Shown: piece by piece, positions 1 to 13,688 of the stretch
How the letters are laid out: each line of letters starts with the position of its first letter
Numbering within the stretch: the stretch's first letter is position 1
Assembly: GCF_009914755.1 (NCBI RefSeq)
Contig: NC_060927.1
Reading direction: 5' to 3' (one strand)
DNA length: 64,000 nucleotides
From: the human T2T-CHM13v2.0 reference genome, Homo sapiens
Position numbers and translations under genes: made by a program
Notes under the pieces: generated by a model
What the model was told of the DNA's origin: nothing
What the model saw: the letters and a program-made list of their open reading frames with translations, nothing else
Databases searched by the model: none

Positions 1-19
1 TGCTAGGAGATATGGTCAA

Positions 20-330
20 ATCAGGTATAATTTCTGTCCAATGTAAATGACAAGAGGAGGAGAGGAGACTGAAGGCAAAAGAACTGTAGGAAGCTTTTAC
101 AGTAGTCAAGTTGAGGGTTATAAAAGTTTTCCCTAGGTGAGTACCAAGTAAAATAGGAGAACTGGACATTTCATTTAAGAGTGACTTAGGAGATGTAATT
201 AGAATCATATTTGTGGAATGTGTAGTAGATGATGGTGAAAACTCCCAGCTTTCTAGTGTTACAGATGAGGGTATAAGTGATTAAAATAATTAAGATATGA
301 AACCCAGGGGAAAATAAATCAGAAAGAAGA
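20..330 (-). mobile_element. Degenerate L2 LINE fragment
   Basis: Purine-rich sequence 'ggagactgaaggcaaaagaactgtaggaagcttttacagtagtcaag' resembles the reverse strand of the L2 3' region; heavily diverged. Confidence 0.4.
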
Positions 331-811
331 GGCAAGGGATATCGACTCTTGGGAGTGCAAACAACAGGCACATTGACTTCTTTAGACTTTAACTCATGAG
401 GAATTGTAATTTCAGAATTTATATTCTCCCTGGGAATTTGATAATGAAGAGAGGAGTTTTATACTAAAATTGTGCAGCCTTTTTATTACTGGTAATTTAT
501 TATCAAAAGTTTATTTATTCAATGTATTATAGCAATATTTTCATAGTGTCTTTAATTTCATTGCTTATAAAATCTCAGATAGGCTATGTCAGACAGCTTG
601 GCTAGAAACTTTTGGACAGGAAATAGTGTGGGGGCTGAATGTAAAGCTTTGGTCACAGAATACATTTAGAGTTAATTTTATTAATACATTGTTCTGACAA
701 ATTTTAAAGCCTTCTAGGTGTAAAACCCATCCTTTGCACCAGTGATCCCAAAAGGAGCCACAGTGGATTAGCTTTTTGTAATCAAGGAAGGTAGGGACAG
801 GACTGTCCATA

Positions 812-1164
812 TGATATTGTTTGGCTTTGCCCCCGCCCAAGTCTCACCTTGAATTGTAATGATCTCCACATGTCAAGGGTAGGGCCAAGTGGAGATAATT
901 GAATCATTGAGCCAGTTTCCCCCATACGGTTCTCATGGTAATGAATAAGTTTCATGAGATCTGATGGTTTTATAAATGGGAATTCCCCTGCACAAGCCCT
1001 CTTGCCTGCCGCCATGTAAGACATGCCCTTGCTTCTCCTTTGCCTTCCACCATGATTGTGAGGCCTCCCCAGCCATGTGGAACTGTGAATCCTTTAAACC
1101 TGTTTGTTTTAGAAATTACCCAGTCTCGGGTATGTCTTTATTATCAGCATGAAAACAGACTAAT
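812..1164 (+). mobile_element. THE1 (ERVL-MaLR) LTR, THE1B/C-like, followed by a short stub of THE1 internal sequence (about 1262-1290)
   Basis: Starts 'tgatattgtttggct', contains 'ttccaccatgattgtgaggcctccccagccatgtggaactgtga' and ends 'cagactaat'. Downstream 'taccagtagtggggtgctgctg' matches the start of THE1-int. Confidence 0.9.
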
Positions 1165-1879
1165 GCTGTTAGTCTAATTGATGAAACAGACTAGTTAGTT
1201 AATGAAACAGACTGTTAGTCTAATTAATGAAACAGTCTAGTTAATGAAACAGACTAATTGATACCAGTAGTGGGGTGCTGCTGTAAAGAGGACACCCATG
1301 GCTGTGGTTGGCAATTGACTTATTGTTTAAAGCCAGAGGGTTAAAAAAAAAAAAGTTGAAGGCAGAAGTGGAGTATTTCTTTCTCAGTCCTTCAATTCTC
1401 ATGATTAAAAAACAAACAAACAAAAACACTCATATGTTCTTCCTGCTTCTGTGATTACTCCTCCTCTGGAAAGTAGGATTCACTTAGCTGATTGCTAAGT
1501 TATCATAAGAAAATGGCATAAAGAGCTATGACCCTTTCATTTCCTCCTCTTCGGGACATAACTTCTTAAAGGAAATATATATCCTACCTTGGTCTGTGAC
1601 GTGTGGTAAAAGGGGCCTGCTCCCCAGAATGGGAGCTTATATTGCCCAGTACTTCTTTTGACATAATACACAAATATTCCTAAAATGAGATCCATTATTA
1701 GGAATTTCCAACAGCCCAAAAAATATAAGATTTACTCTCCAATGTTAGCTTTATTAATTAATAGACCCACATTCTTAGAATATCATTTGCTTTACTTTTT
1801 TATTTCTCAACTTGCCTAAAACTTGAGTAAAGGGGGAAAATGATCCTACTTATTGGGAAATACCTGAAGCTACAGCTGC

Positions 1880-2106
1880 TACATACTCAGGTCTGCTTTG
1901 GTAGTGCAACAGCAGCCACGGATAATACGTAATGAATTGTGGCTGTGTTCCAAAAACCTTCATTTATGGACATTGAAATTGATTTTTACATAATTTTCAC
2001 ATCGTCAAATATTGTTTTTCTTTTCTTAACCACTTAAAAATGTACAAAGCATTCTTAGCTTGAGGGGACCACAGCAGACCCACAGACAATAGTTTGTGGA
2101 CCTCAG
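1880..2106. mobile_element. MER58B-like hAT-Charlie DNA transposon fragment
   Basis: 'gcagccacggataatacgtaatg...ggctgtgttccaaaaacc...atttatggacattgaaatt' and terminal 'tagtttgtggacctcag' match the recalled MER58B consensus. Confidence 0.75.
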
Positions 2107-2353
2107 TTATAGTGTTAAATACAAGATTGTGGTTATATTATTTCTTCCTTAAGAATTTTCAAAGACTTTATTTTGCATGTTTCAGTCCTTCTTTCTACTA
2201 CTGGCTTCCAGATACTCCATAACTTGGCCTTTCATATCGTTACAACACCAAAAAGCATATCATCCCATTGTAGTTTCTAGCACCCGATTGCCTCTCAGTA
2301 AATATTTTTTTAAAAAGTCACTAATTAATTTTTTAAAAAATGTACTTTCTTTT

Positions 2354-2720
2354 TGCTATGGTTTGAATGTGTCCCCTAGAAGTTCATGTGTTGGAAACAC
2401 AATCCCTCTGCCCTCCTAAATAGATTAATGGATTAATGAGCACTCTGCCCTTATGAATGGATTAATGTTGTTACCACAGGAGTGAGTTTGTTACTGAGAA
2501 AGTAGCTTTTTTATAAAAAGGAGCTCTCTCTTGCGCTGTTGCCTTCTTGCCATGTGTTGGCCTCCACCATAATATGATTTACCAAGAAGGCCCTGATCAG
2601 ATGCCAGAACCATGATCTTACACTTCCCAGCCCCCAGAACAGTAAGTGAAATAAATTTCTTTTCTTTATTAATTACCCAGCCTGTGGTATTCTGTTACAA
2701 CAACAGAAAGTGGACTAAGG
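2354..2720 (+). mobile_element. MST-family MaLR LTR (MSTC/MSTD-like)
   Basis: Starts 'tgctatggtttgaatgtgtccc' and ends 'aattacccagcctgtggtattctgttacaacaacagaaagtggactaag'. Confidence 0.8.
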
Positions 2721-5499
2721 CTCCCCTCTACGAAACTTGTTTCTTCAATATGCTTGTTCACTTTTTCTTTTTTAAATTTAAATATTATCTCTTCTAAGAT
2801 ACCTTATTGAACTACTTTAATTCCATAATATTTCTGATTTATGCTGAGAAATAAATTTTGGTAGAGGTTAAAATTGAGACTGTTTTCTAGTTACTATTTT
2901 ATATTACGGTTTTGATAAGAAAGAGAAGGAATAAATACAAAATGAACTCCAAATTCAGAAAATGTGGCATTGACATTTAGAGAGTAATTTTTTTGGGGGA
3001 AGGGGGGCATTTTACCTTGTTGTGTTTTTATGTAGGAAGATAGTAGCCAATGTATTATTTTAGTATCTTTTTGTGAACAGAACAGAGAAAACATGGGAGA
3101 TATCATTTATCTAAACTATTGGCTAAGCACACATTTCCATCACAACAATTCAGTCTCAATATGGTGGAGACAAACAACTTCAGAGGAGGCTATGGGACAG
3201 TAAAGTTAAAAAGAAAATAGAGCTAAGAAGGAAAAGAGAGGAAGAGGCACACCTGTTCGTTCATTCTTCCTAGTAGCCTGTAGCAAGCTAGTCCTTTATT
3301 TAACTCTCTGTCCTATCTGTGAAAGACAAAGTACATTTTTTGTAATGCATAGTTTTCTAGAGTTTTTTTTTTTTTTTTTTAAGGAAAGATGTATTGCAGT
3401 AAAAGGGGAAATTTTAAAAGAACTTTTACTCTGTATCCCTCTTGGGCAGCTATGAAGCTCAGTAATATTTTTAATACTCTAGATGAATCACCACTGCAGT
3501 TATACTTGTCATCTCAAAGGTGAAAATATTGTTTGGAGAGGAGATTACTTTATGAAAATATTTTCAATGGTTTTCTTTTTTGCATAGTGAGAAATATTCA
3601 GTTTCACATCTCTAGATATCTATTGCCAAATAAGGATCCAAAAATTGTACCAATTTATACTCTCATCAATTATGTATCAAAATAACACATAATCTTTATA
3701 AAGGGCATTTTAAAATTCCACTTTTATTTGTATTAAAGTCAGGTTTTTCTCACTCACTCCGCAACATTAAGCTGAAGTTGAAATGCTGTGTCTAAAATTA
3801 TATTATTTCATTTTTCAACTATTAGCTTGATATTCCTTTTCCAAATTTTTGATTTGACATTTAATTGTTATTTCTTAAACCTAGGAAATCTGTCACTAAT
3901 CCATTGAAAAAATATGACAATCTCATTTGGATTTTTATTTCCTTATGTCTATAAGTATCAATAATTATATAAAATATTTCTTTTCCTGTATCATCTATCT
4001 TTCCTACAAATATTGATATGGTTCTCTTCTGAGGTCCAATAATTTGTTCGGTACCTCACCTTGATTTATTTTACTAGTCACATTTTCTTTTGGAATTAAA
4101 TTTATGGTCCATTTCACCTTCAATGCTTTTCAGGCAATGTTGACTTTTTTTTTCTGTATCTTTGTCAAAAAAATTTTTTTAAGTATTTAGAGAGTTTCTT
4201 CTAAGTAACTGCCTTTAATATAGCAAAGCTACTTCTTTTCTAATATTTCAATAGGAAAAAACTAAAATAGAATAATGTCAAATGAAATTCCTTCACTAAA
4301 ATTCATCATATGTCCTATTCTCTCTATGTAACATCTTTGCTTCTGTCTTGATGCACTGCATGCATTTGCCCTTGTTGACAACACGTATAAACATAGCTGT
4401 GAGCTGTGGCTGTGGGCCAAGATGTCCTTGATTTGGTCAAAGCTGCAAAAGATGTTTGAAAAAGACAGCTATTTTATAAAGAAATGAGTTGGTTTACATT
4501 TGTTGGCAAAAGTAGCACATTTAATTAAAATATTTATTTTCAAATGGACATTTCTGAGACTAACTTAATGGTTAGTTGTACTGGAGTCTTTGTATTGCAT
4601 ACAAAGCTAATATGATAGCAGTTTGCTTAGATATAAAGACAGGGGTACCCGTTTAACCAAAAACGTGCATCATAAAGCTTCTCTTAGATGACTATGTCTT
4701 TACAGTGGAACTATGTCTAGTCCTGCTATATTACATTATTTACTATGCGAACAAAATCTTCATAAGAGTACAAAACTAAAATCAACTATACTATTACAAA
4801 CGTGTATCTCTCTAATGTCAACATAGGTCTAGCTAAATAGCTATATGCTTGAAAATTAAAGGTATGTCATGTACATGTAGTTATCTTGCTGCTGTAATAG
4901 TTTTGCAACAATTATGTCTAAGTAATTTCTTTGTGTGTTTCTGTGATTTAACATTTTCACAGTTACATATTTTAATTATGAAAATCAAATGTAAAATATT
5001 TTTTTAAATTCTTGACTTTATAGAGATAGAAGAAAGTCATGATGTAGAGATTCAGAAACTGACAAAAGTCCTATAAGATACAATAATATCTGAATTAAGG
5101 CAAACTCATAAAATAGTTTTATTGTCATCTTTTCTGAGTTGCTTTCTAATTTGTTTTTTCTATAAACTCACTTCTCCCTGTCCCTTCTTGCTTTTCTCTG
5201 TCATTTTCTGCATAAACAAAAATTAGGACGAGACTTGGAAATAGGAATAAGACTGTATCTTGCTGATCAGTTTTAAATGGCAAAATTATTTTCTTGATGG
5301 TTTTATATTGTACTCAGTGAAAGGAGTTTTCATGCCAGGGCTAAGCAGCTAGTTAGCAAAGATGGAAGTAGAATGTAGACAGGAAACATGGAAGTCTAGG
5401 AAGGAATCAAGGCACAGATAAAGGCTCGAATTGTGATAAATCCAAGGACTGAAACAAAACAGTACTAAGGATCTGCGAACTATCCCGTTATGAAGAAAT

Positions 5500-7100
5500 A
5501 TGCATTTAAAATAAAATTCAAACACATAGACACTGAAGATATTTGGTGAAAAAGACTGAGAGGTCTTTGACCTCTTGGAACTCACAGTCAAGTGTGGGGT
5601 GTCAAATCAAACACGAGGAAACAAGTGAAAGTGACCATTTTAGATAGTAAGAAAATACGTCAAAAAGAAGTTTATGTGATACAGATTGCCAGGCGAGGGC
5701 TAGGTTAGGCCTCCAGCAAAAGTCTCTCTGAGGAATTGGTATTTGGTAGAGTTGAATAATCATGAGATGGAAGGTGGGAACAGGGAGTAGACAGGCACTG
5801 AAGAAGAACACAGCTTGTTGTGTCAGAGGAGTGGGAGGAAAAAAAAGTAATAAAGTGTGGCTGGAGTACATTGAGCAAGGAAAAGAGATAGGATGGCAGA
5901 CAAGCAGGGCAATTTAATAGAGGGCTATAAAAGCCAAAGCAATGGATTTATATCTGATACTAATTGTGATGGAACCGAATGCAGGAAAGCATTAGGCAGA
6001 ATTAGGAGACTACTGGAATGGACCTGACAAAAATAAGAGAGGCTTGGATTAGGAAAATAGAGGTAGCAAGTGGAAGACAGATTAGTTTAACATGTTTTCT
6101 GTGCATACTCTGTCAATAGGTTTTGTTGATGAATGGATGTACAAAGTGAGGAAAAACAAGGACTTAAGGTAACCTCTTAGGCTTGTTTCCAGAGCATTTC
6201 CTGGCTGATGTTATTATTTGCTGACTTGGGAAAGCTGAGAGAAGAGCAGGTTTGGTTGGGGGGAAAAAATGAGATTTTGGTTTTGTCTCCATAAAGTGTC
6301 TGATGCTTATTAGAAATACACATAGGAAAATAAAATAGATAGTTAAATGTATTAGTCAGGGTTAGTGGAAACGGTGTGGATTAGTCATAAATCTGGGAGC
6401 TATTAGCATATCTCGATGTTATATCAAGCTCTGGGATTGTATGAGATCATCTAGTTGGGAGCATGGAAGTAGACAAGGAGTCCCAAAACTGAGGCCAGTG
6501 GTCCAGCACTTAGCGATCAAGCAGAGAAGCAGAATCAATTAAGAGAATACTGAGAATGAGTTCCTGGAGGTAAGAGGAAATCTGAGAAGTGTGATGTGAC
6601 AGAGGCCAAGAGAAGAAAAGTTATAAAAAAGAAAGATAAAATGAGTCAACTGATATTGAGATCTCAATTAAGAAAAAGCAAAAAAGTGACAAGGGGACTT
6701 TTCAGCATGGTGCTCTTTAGTTATGTTGATATGGATAGTCTCAACAGAGAGGTGGAATGAAGGCCTATATGGACTTAACTGGAGCAAGTATGTGAAAAGA
6801 GGAAGTAAAGGAATTACAGACAACTCTTCAAAATATTTACTGTTAATACAGATTGAAAATATATGTGGAGAGGAGATGGAGGATATTGGATATTTAAAGG
6901 CTTATAGGAATGATTGAGTAGAAGGAGAGAAATTTCTGATGCAGGAGAGAGAGAGGATATTTGCCTAGTGGGGTATCAACTTTTGATAGAGGGAAGGGCA
7001 ATTTATCAGTAATAACAAAATAAAGGAAAGAGAGAGAAAAATGCTACTCGCATTTTATGATGAGAAGATGGAGGAGGTTTTGCTTCTGTTTGTGTTTACT
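5500..7100 (-). mobile_element. L2 LINE 3' region, degenerate
   Basis: Series of L2 reverse-strand motifs: 'tggaactcacagtcaagtg', 'gtgtggctggagtaca', 'aaatctgggagctattagcata', 'gtgtgatgtgacagaggccaagagaag'. Confidence 0.7.
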
Positions 7101-7359
7101 TTCTTGTCAGCAGACAGTAAGAGGCTGGACAAAGTATATAGTGTTCGAGGTAAAAGGGAAAATAATAATTACTTACATAAAGTGTGAAAAATAGGCATTG
7201 CTGAGTTCTATTGAAATGTATTGTCTTGATTTTAATTAGATCAATCAGTAAATGTGTTTATTGTTTTGTTCCCCCTGATATTAAGGTTTAGGTACAGACA
7301 ACGAGTAGGCAGAGAGGTTTAATAGCCTAATCAGTATTATATTTTCAAAATACATATAA

Positions 7360-8550
7360 TAATAAAATAACCAAAGTAAATATTCCCATTCAGACAAGGG
7401 GAAAGGATGACATAATACAGACAGTGGAAGTAGCAATTCTGACATCCTGATGAATAGACATTCTGAGGAACCCCATCCTCTGGATGGAGAGTATCTTGAG
7501 TAGACCCTGAGCCACTCCCTGAGAGAGCTTTCTTTGTTTAGAGCTCTCTACAGCTCCTCATTTTGCCTTCTAGAAAACTCATCCTTTTCTGTTATTTTTC
7601 TGGCCATAACTGAAATAGGCATTGGCAAATATGACCATCTTGGCCCTGAGCTCTTCCTCAGCCCACTTTCTGAACTACATGGTTCACTATAGCTTACAAA
7701 TAATCAGTCTCTTCTGTGAGGCTGCTAATTCTTTGTCAAATAAATAAATAAATAAATAAATCTCTCTCAAAAATCTTTTTAATAATCTTGTCTAGTATAT
7801 TCCAGTGACCTCCATGTGTCAAAATCTATGCTCACTGTTCTTTCCCAAATAGTGTTCTTTCTCTAGACATTATTTATAATTTGTGATGTGTGTTTGCTTT
7901 CTTAACCCTATCCTCTCTCATTAGACTTAGTAATGAGTGGGTACCTTGAGCATAATGTTTTTCAGAGGGAAAGCCATAGGCTTTGTCAATTTTCCTAGAG
8001 CATTTTTTTTCCCAATTCAAAGTATTTGCTTGGGATTATATCCTGGGTCCTTTTTCAGGAATACCATATAACCAAATCTGAAGATGTACTAGTAAGGATA
8101 TTGGCCATTTCCTTGATCAAATTCAGCTGCAACTCTAAAATTGTGAATAGGCCCTCATAGATCCATGTTCTTCTCATCTTTATGTTCTATCTTTTGGGGT
8201 TGAGAAGTAGTTGCCTCTTTCAACCCTGAAAGACCCTGATATTATCCATTCTCCCTATTCCTTTCAATGCCTTCTTGAGCTTACCAAGTCTTTTCTGGGC
8301 TTATCCGTTTCTTGAAAACATTGTGAAATCAGATTCTTTGTTTTCTGCCATTTTCTAGAGCTACAGGCTGATCTTCTTTCTAAGTTACAAAAAATAACAG
8401 TTTTATCCAATATTTTATTATTTCAAACTCTAATCTTATTTTGTCTACTCTTCAAATTTTTTCTAATTCCTCACCAATATATCACTAAAGACAATCCCAC
8501 GTATTTTAGAATTTTTTCACATGAGCAACACTCCTCCATGTACAAAGTTT
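7360..8550 (-). mobile_element. Old MaLR (MLT1) internal sequence, tentative
   Basis: The right end 'cccacgtattttag...agcaacactcctccatgtacaaagttt' resembles the reverse of a MaLR-internal 5' end, and it abuts an MLT1 LTR. Confidence 0.4.
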
Positions 8551-8879
8551 AGTATTTTTAGTAGCAGATAGTTCCGAAGTCTCTTACTCACACTGCAATT
8601 TCAAAGCAGGCATTACACGAGGTCCTAGGCAAAATTAGACTCTATCATTGCACACATGCTTTTAAAATCTCTGTGGCAGGAAAGAGGACATTGGGATTTC
8701 CTGTTCAGTTCTTAGAGTGTCTTCCTGAAAATAAATAGATTACTTTGTTTATACTTAGTTAGCCAAGGCAAGTCACATGGCCACACTAAACTTCAGATTG
8801 TGCAGGAGAATGCAATCCTACCAAACCTAGAAGGAGAGGAATCCCAGAATATTTGTGAAAAGCCATAACAACTAACACA
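8551..8879 (-). mobile_element. Old MLT1 LTR (MLT1K/L-like)
   Basis: 'gcaagtcacatggccacactaaacttc...aatgcaatcctacc...aatatttgtgaa...actaacaca' is typical of ancient MLT1 LTRs in reverse. Confidence 0.65.
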
Positions 8880-9519
8880 TAGACCATTAAAAATATTTGC
8901 TAAAAGAATGAGAAGTTGCTGCAAGGAAGTAAGAAAACCAAAATAAAATACATGGATATGTGTTTTTCTTTTTTTTTTTCCCTGTAATAAGAGGCAGTGG
9001 CAGGGTGCCTAATGATTTGGTTAGCACAGAGCCGCAAGACTGGAAGGAAATTATTTACCTGGGTAATAATACAAACATAACTTGTGGGTGATCTGTTCAA
9101 AAAAAATTGAATTCAAAAGCAGATGTCTAACAGCAACCAACTGGAGCAACAGATGATTAAAAACCTCTTGCTGAGAGTGAGGACATCATATAAAATAGTA
9201 TAGTTACTTATAGCCTGATTAAAGAAGTATTTGGTTGTACAAAACACCATGTCATAATTGGATATATTAACTTTTCTTTCTCCTTCAAATGAAATATTCT
9301 CCTTGTATAGGCAGGGGCCGAAGCAGGTAACGCAATGGAAAGATGTCTGGATGGGAGTCATGAGATCTCTGTACAAGCTTCAGTGTACCATAAAGAAGTG
9401 TCTTTCAAACTTGAGTTTCTCACAGTCTCTGTTGTGGTTGTCACTTAGAAACAATACTAAATTCTTCATCCACTGCAGTCTGGCTCTGCCCCCAAGACTC
9501 AATTGAAAATGTCTAACTT

Positions 9520-9680
9520 ATTTTTCTCTCTGTCCACATTGTATCTTTAGTATTTTATATGTTCATCACATCTCACCAAGATTATTGCCTACCAATTAGT
9601 ACCTTTATTTCCAGAGTGCCTCCCTCTTCCCCAACTCCCCAAACTCACTTCCCACATGGCTTCAAGAGTGATCCAGCCTG
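9520..9680 (+). mobile_element. L2 fragment
   Basis: 'catctcaccaagattattgc...cttcccacatggcttcaagagtgatc' resembles L2 3' ORF2 sequence. Confidence 0.45.
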
Positions 9681-10014
9681 CAGAAATGCTTGCTGTTTGT
9701 TTAATTGAACTATATGTTATTGAATGATGTTCTCTACCAATTTGGAAGGAGGTTGCGTGGGGATTCTAGGAAGAGAACAAATCTTTTTTATTTATTTGTT
9801 TTTGGAAGCCACACCTACATCTTCACAAGAAAAAAAAAATATTTTGTGGCGTGTTTCTATCCTTCCCATCAGGACCAGGTTTAACTGTTTTCATAAAGCT
9901 AATCTAATAATTAAAATCATACCAAATGATATGCTTCCAGATACCATGCCCTCATATATTGGTTTAATTCAGAAGACCTTCATGTTGAAAGTCTGAAAAT
10001 ATTTGAGAATAGAA

Positions 10015-11350
10015 TGCCCACAACTCTCATTTGCTTCTGGACAAAGTGTGACACATGAGGAGGTATGTTACACTCCAAAAGAACTGCTGAGTTTTCTAAT
10101 TTATGAAGGCAAATCCAGAAAATATGTGTAGGAATGGCTACTAGGGATAAAGAATAATAGTGGAAGAAACAAAAAGTTGGATAAGGCTGAGTTTATTGAT
10201 ATGGGCTCACTAAGCAGAGACTCTGCATTTAATATTGCAGCTCAGGGAGTTAGAATGGGCTTTAAACCATTTGATTCATTGGCTCAAACATGGACCAAAA
10301 AAAGTGGTCCACAGTGAGCAAGTTGGAAATGCCAGTCCTTTCTTAGTTTAATGTAGAGGAAGATTCAAAGGCATGGGGAGATTGGAATATTAGAGTAGAT
10401 TTGTCATTTAAGATCTACCCCTCCACACTGGGAGGATCCAGAAGGCATACATTTCACTAACACTGTGAGGAATAAATTGGTGAGAGGAGCCCTGGCATCC
10501 TTGTAGAGCTCTGTGATCACTATTCTCTGTAGTCAAGATCTTCCAGTGGGAACTGCAGTCACTGAATTGGGAAACCTACATGCAATGGGAGCACTTGGAT
10601 CCCAAGGCGGCCAAGTGGTACCACGCAGCTGCCAAAGGCAAAGAGGATGTGGTTACCATAGTAGATGGTAGAGTCAAAACAGCAATCAGAAGAGTCTGGC
10701 TCGTGTAGAGCTATCATGGCTGGTTGATCATAGTGTTCCTACAAGCAAAATATACAGGATTCTGTCTTAGTCCATTCAGGCTCCTATAACAAAATACTAT
10801 AAACTGAGTAGCTTATAAACCACAGAAATTTATTTCTTACATTTCTGGAGTCTGGAAAATCCAAAATCAAGACCCTGGGAGATTTGCTGTCTAATGAAGG
10901 CCTGTTTCCTTACAGATGACTGTCTTCTCCCTATAACCTCATGTAATGAAAATGAGGAGAAATCTCTGCCAGTCTTTTTCTACAAAATAACTAATTTCAT
11001 TCATAAAGGAGCTGTACTCTTGACCTAATCACCTCTGAAAGGCCCCACCTCCTAATATCATCACTTTGGGGATTAGAATTTCAATACATAAATTTTGGGG
11101 GTATATAACATTCAGTTCATTGCAGAAGCCTTCTAAATTCTTATTTCTTCTATATAAGCAGAAAAGTTCTAGGTCAAGTGAACAAAAATCTGACCTGAAT
11201 TATACAACCAAGAGTCATAACCCCTCAATCAATTGTCAGACTTTAGTCAGAACTCATTGAATTAAGGTGAAGCCTTAAGAAAGAACCCTGGTACACTGCC
11301 AAAAATGCGTATTATTAGTCTTTCTCCCAACCCTCCCTAAGGGAAGCTTT
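10015..11350 (+). pseudogene. gag: ERVL/HERV-L internal gag fragment (decayed), interrupted by MLT1A at 10763-11124
   Basis: Manual translation from 10042 gives QSVTHEEVCYTPKELL, later LDKAEFIDMGSLSRDSAFNIAAQGV and WEDPEGIHFTNTVRNKLVRGA; after the insertion, KPSKFLFLLYKQKSSRS. These match recalled HERV-L Gag. Multiple frameshifts and stops. Confidence 0.85.
10763..11124 (-). mobile_element. MLT1A/MLT1A0-like LTR nested in ERVL gag
   Basis: 'tgtcttagtccattcaggctcctataacaaaatac...cattcagttcattgca'; degenerate 5-bp TSD gattc/gaagc. Confidence 0.85.
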
Positions 11351-13688
11351 GGTTTTAGGATGGTGTGTCAATTTCTAAGTACTTTAAATATTGAATTAGA
11401 AACTGGAATTTCTATAATAAAGAAATTTCTATAATAAAGAAATGTAGATATACTTAAGATGTTTAAATGTAAACATGCTTTCTTATTAATTATACAATTA
11501 GTAACACATTTTTTAAAATTCTATCACAATTTTAAAAGACTATGTTGTGTTTTCTATTAGATAGCTATGATAAAAAATAATGTTAATGCTCATATTTATT
11601 TAGAGCTCTGTTTTGCTATTTCAACTTTATTTGTGTTCTAGGTTATTTCTCAAATAAATGAGAAACTTAATTTGAGGTATGCATATTTGAATATTGGCAT
11701 GATTGGACATATTCAAAATTATGATTTTTTCTCAATATAATTCACAATAACTATTATCCTGAATAGGCAATCAGCAACTTTTTTATTACCTCTCAATTTT
11801 CTTTAAAATTTTCTGTTCTTAATATAAAAATTAGAGCATAAAAGATTTAAGCATGAACCTATTACAAAAAAAATCCACACTCTTGGCTTTGATTTTTACA
11901 ATAGTACAGATATGTACATGTATGCTAAGAGCAAAACATCCTAGTCAATTTCACTTCCATGATATGGAAAAGAAATGACGGGGGAAAAGTAATATATCTT
12001 TGATTTTGGTTCACTTGTTTTTGATTCAAATATATAGCAGCATATAATTTGAAAATCAATTTAAGGATTTTTCTCAGTAAAATCATAATCTCTATTATTC
12101 AACTCTTAGGTGACTGAATTAGATAGAATTTCATAATTTGATCCACTTCAGAATTATAATGTGTTGTCAATAATATTTATGGTTAAATTTTAAAATTTAA
12201 TAGCAGAAACACAGTGAGCCTGACAAAGCTTGCTAATAGTTGCAGAGTTCTGATGGAAGGATAGGGTATTTTGTAGAATCAGCATGCCAAGGAGAAATAT
12301 CTTCACTTGTAAGCTTTGTCACAGGAAATTAATTAACATAGTAACATCATGTCTTAATAGAACACCTTCATATAATTTTGCAGAGCTGAGAATCAGTGTC
12401 ACTAATATAAGGTAATTAAAAGTAAGTATATTATCAAAACTGACATATAGTCTGAAATGATCTAGCAAAAAGGCACATATCTTCCTCAAAAAGGGAAAAA
12501 TATATTTGACTAAGTTTTTGACATAGAATAGAAAACTTTTTTGATAGGGCATGATATACACCTTGTTTTATAAAATTTCACTACTAGGTATTGTAAAGAA
12601 GCACTATATATAAGAAAATCTATTATTCTGAACCATCAACACTTGTATACTTGTTATTTTTGTCTGAAAAATGTAGCGAAATAAAACTCAATTTGTGAAT
12701 TAAATTTTCTATAATATAACTTCTGATAAATTCTGTTAAAGTGTATTCTGCTTGGTAAATTTCCTTAATTTACATTATACAGTTTCAGAGAACTTTGGTC
12801 AATATTCTAAATCAGCTAGCACCCAACTATACACCTTTAAAAAGAAGCTTGAATAAGTTTATTTTTCTCAGAAGGAAAAACATGTATTTGTATTCTCAAG
12901 TCTTTAATAATTAAAATTATGATTCCATAAGACGACACTAGTATTTTTTTTCATTTAGTGCCCTCACAAGATAACATTTTCAATTTTTAATTGTTGACAG
13001 GACATTTTAAGCAATAAGTATCAGAAAACATAAAGAAAAATAGACACCTGTGACATCTATTAAAAAAACACTTTTTTCTTTTTATAAAATTGAGATAATC
13101 CAGAAAATGTTTCAATGACATTGTTACAGTTCAACTAGAGGTATCTATTTTTTAACTATTTTGCCTTGATTCCTTCATTAGTTATTAAAGTTTGCTTAGG
13201 CTCTGAGCATTATTTCTCTCTTAATATATACTATTTCCTATTATTGATGTATCAATTAACTTGCTACATTAAAAAATAAATCAGGGGAAAAAAACAGTGC
13301 TTAGGCAAATAAGCCATATAATTATTTCTATCTAGAAACAAAAAAGGTCACATAAAATGGGAAAATTCATGGGACTGAAATGCATGGACGGGGAAAACTC
13401 TAAAACTTTATTTAATATGAACATATAAAATGTAGTAATTTTGTTCTGAAAGGCACCATAAATCTGTAAGGTGAGCCTAATTGTTTTTTTATTGTGAATT
13501 TTCTTTTTAAGCAAAAGTGCATGTCCTTTTTTTCCCCTCATTCACTGTAGAATAAGGCACTTTAGAAAAAGCAGAAAGTATCCTGCTCTCATCTCCCATT
13601 TCTCTCTACAATTCTGAGTGTGCTCACTTTATCGCACAGGAGCTAGAAGATTCCTGCTTTAAAATATTTATCAATACCATGTGAAATA

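Noticed and set aside
11407-11442. Short tandem duplications (17 bp here; about 15 bp near 16117; about 17 bp near 38830)
   Set aside because: Ordinary slippage duplications with no further structure.
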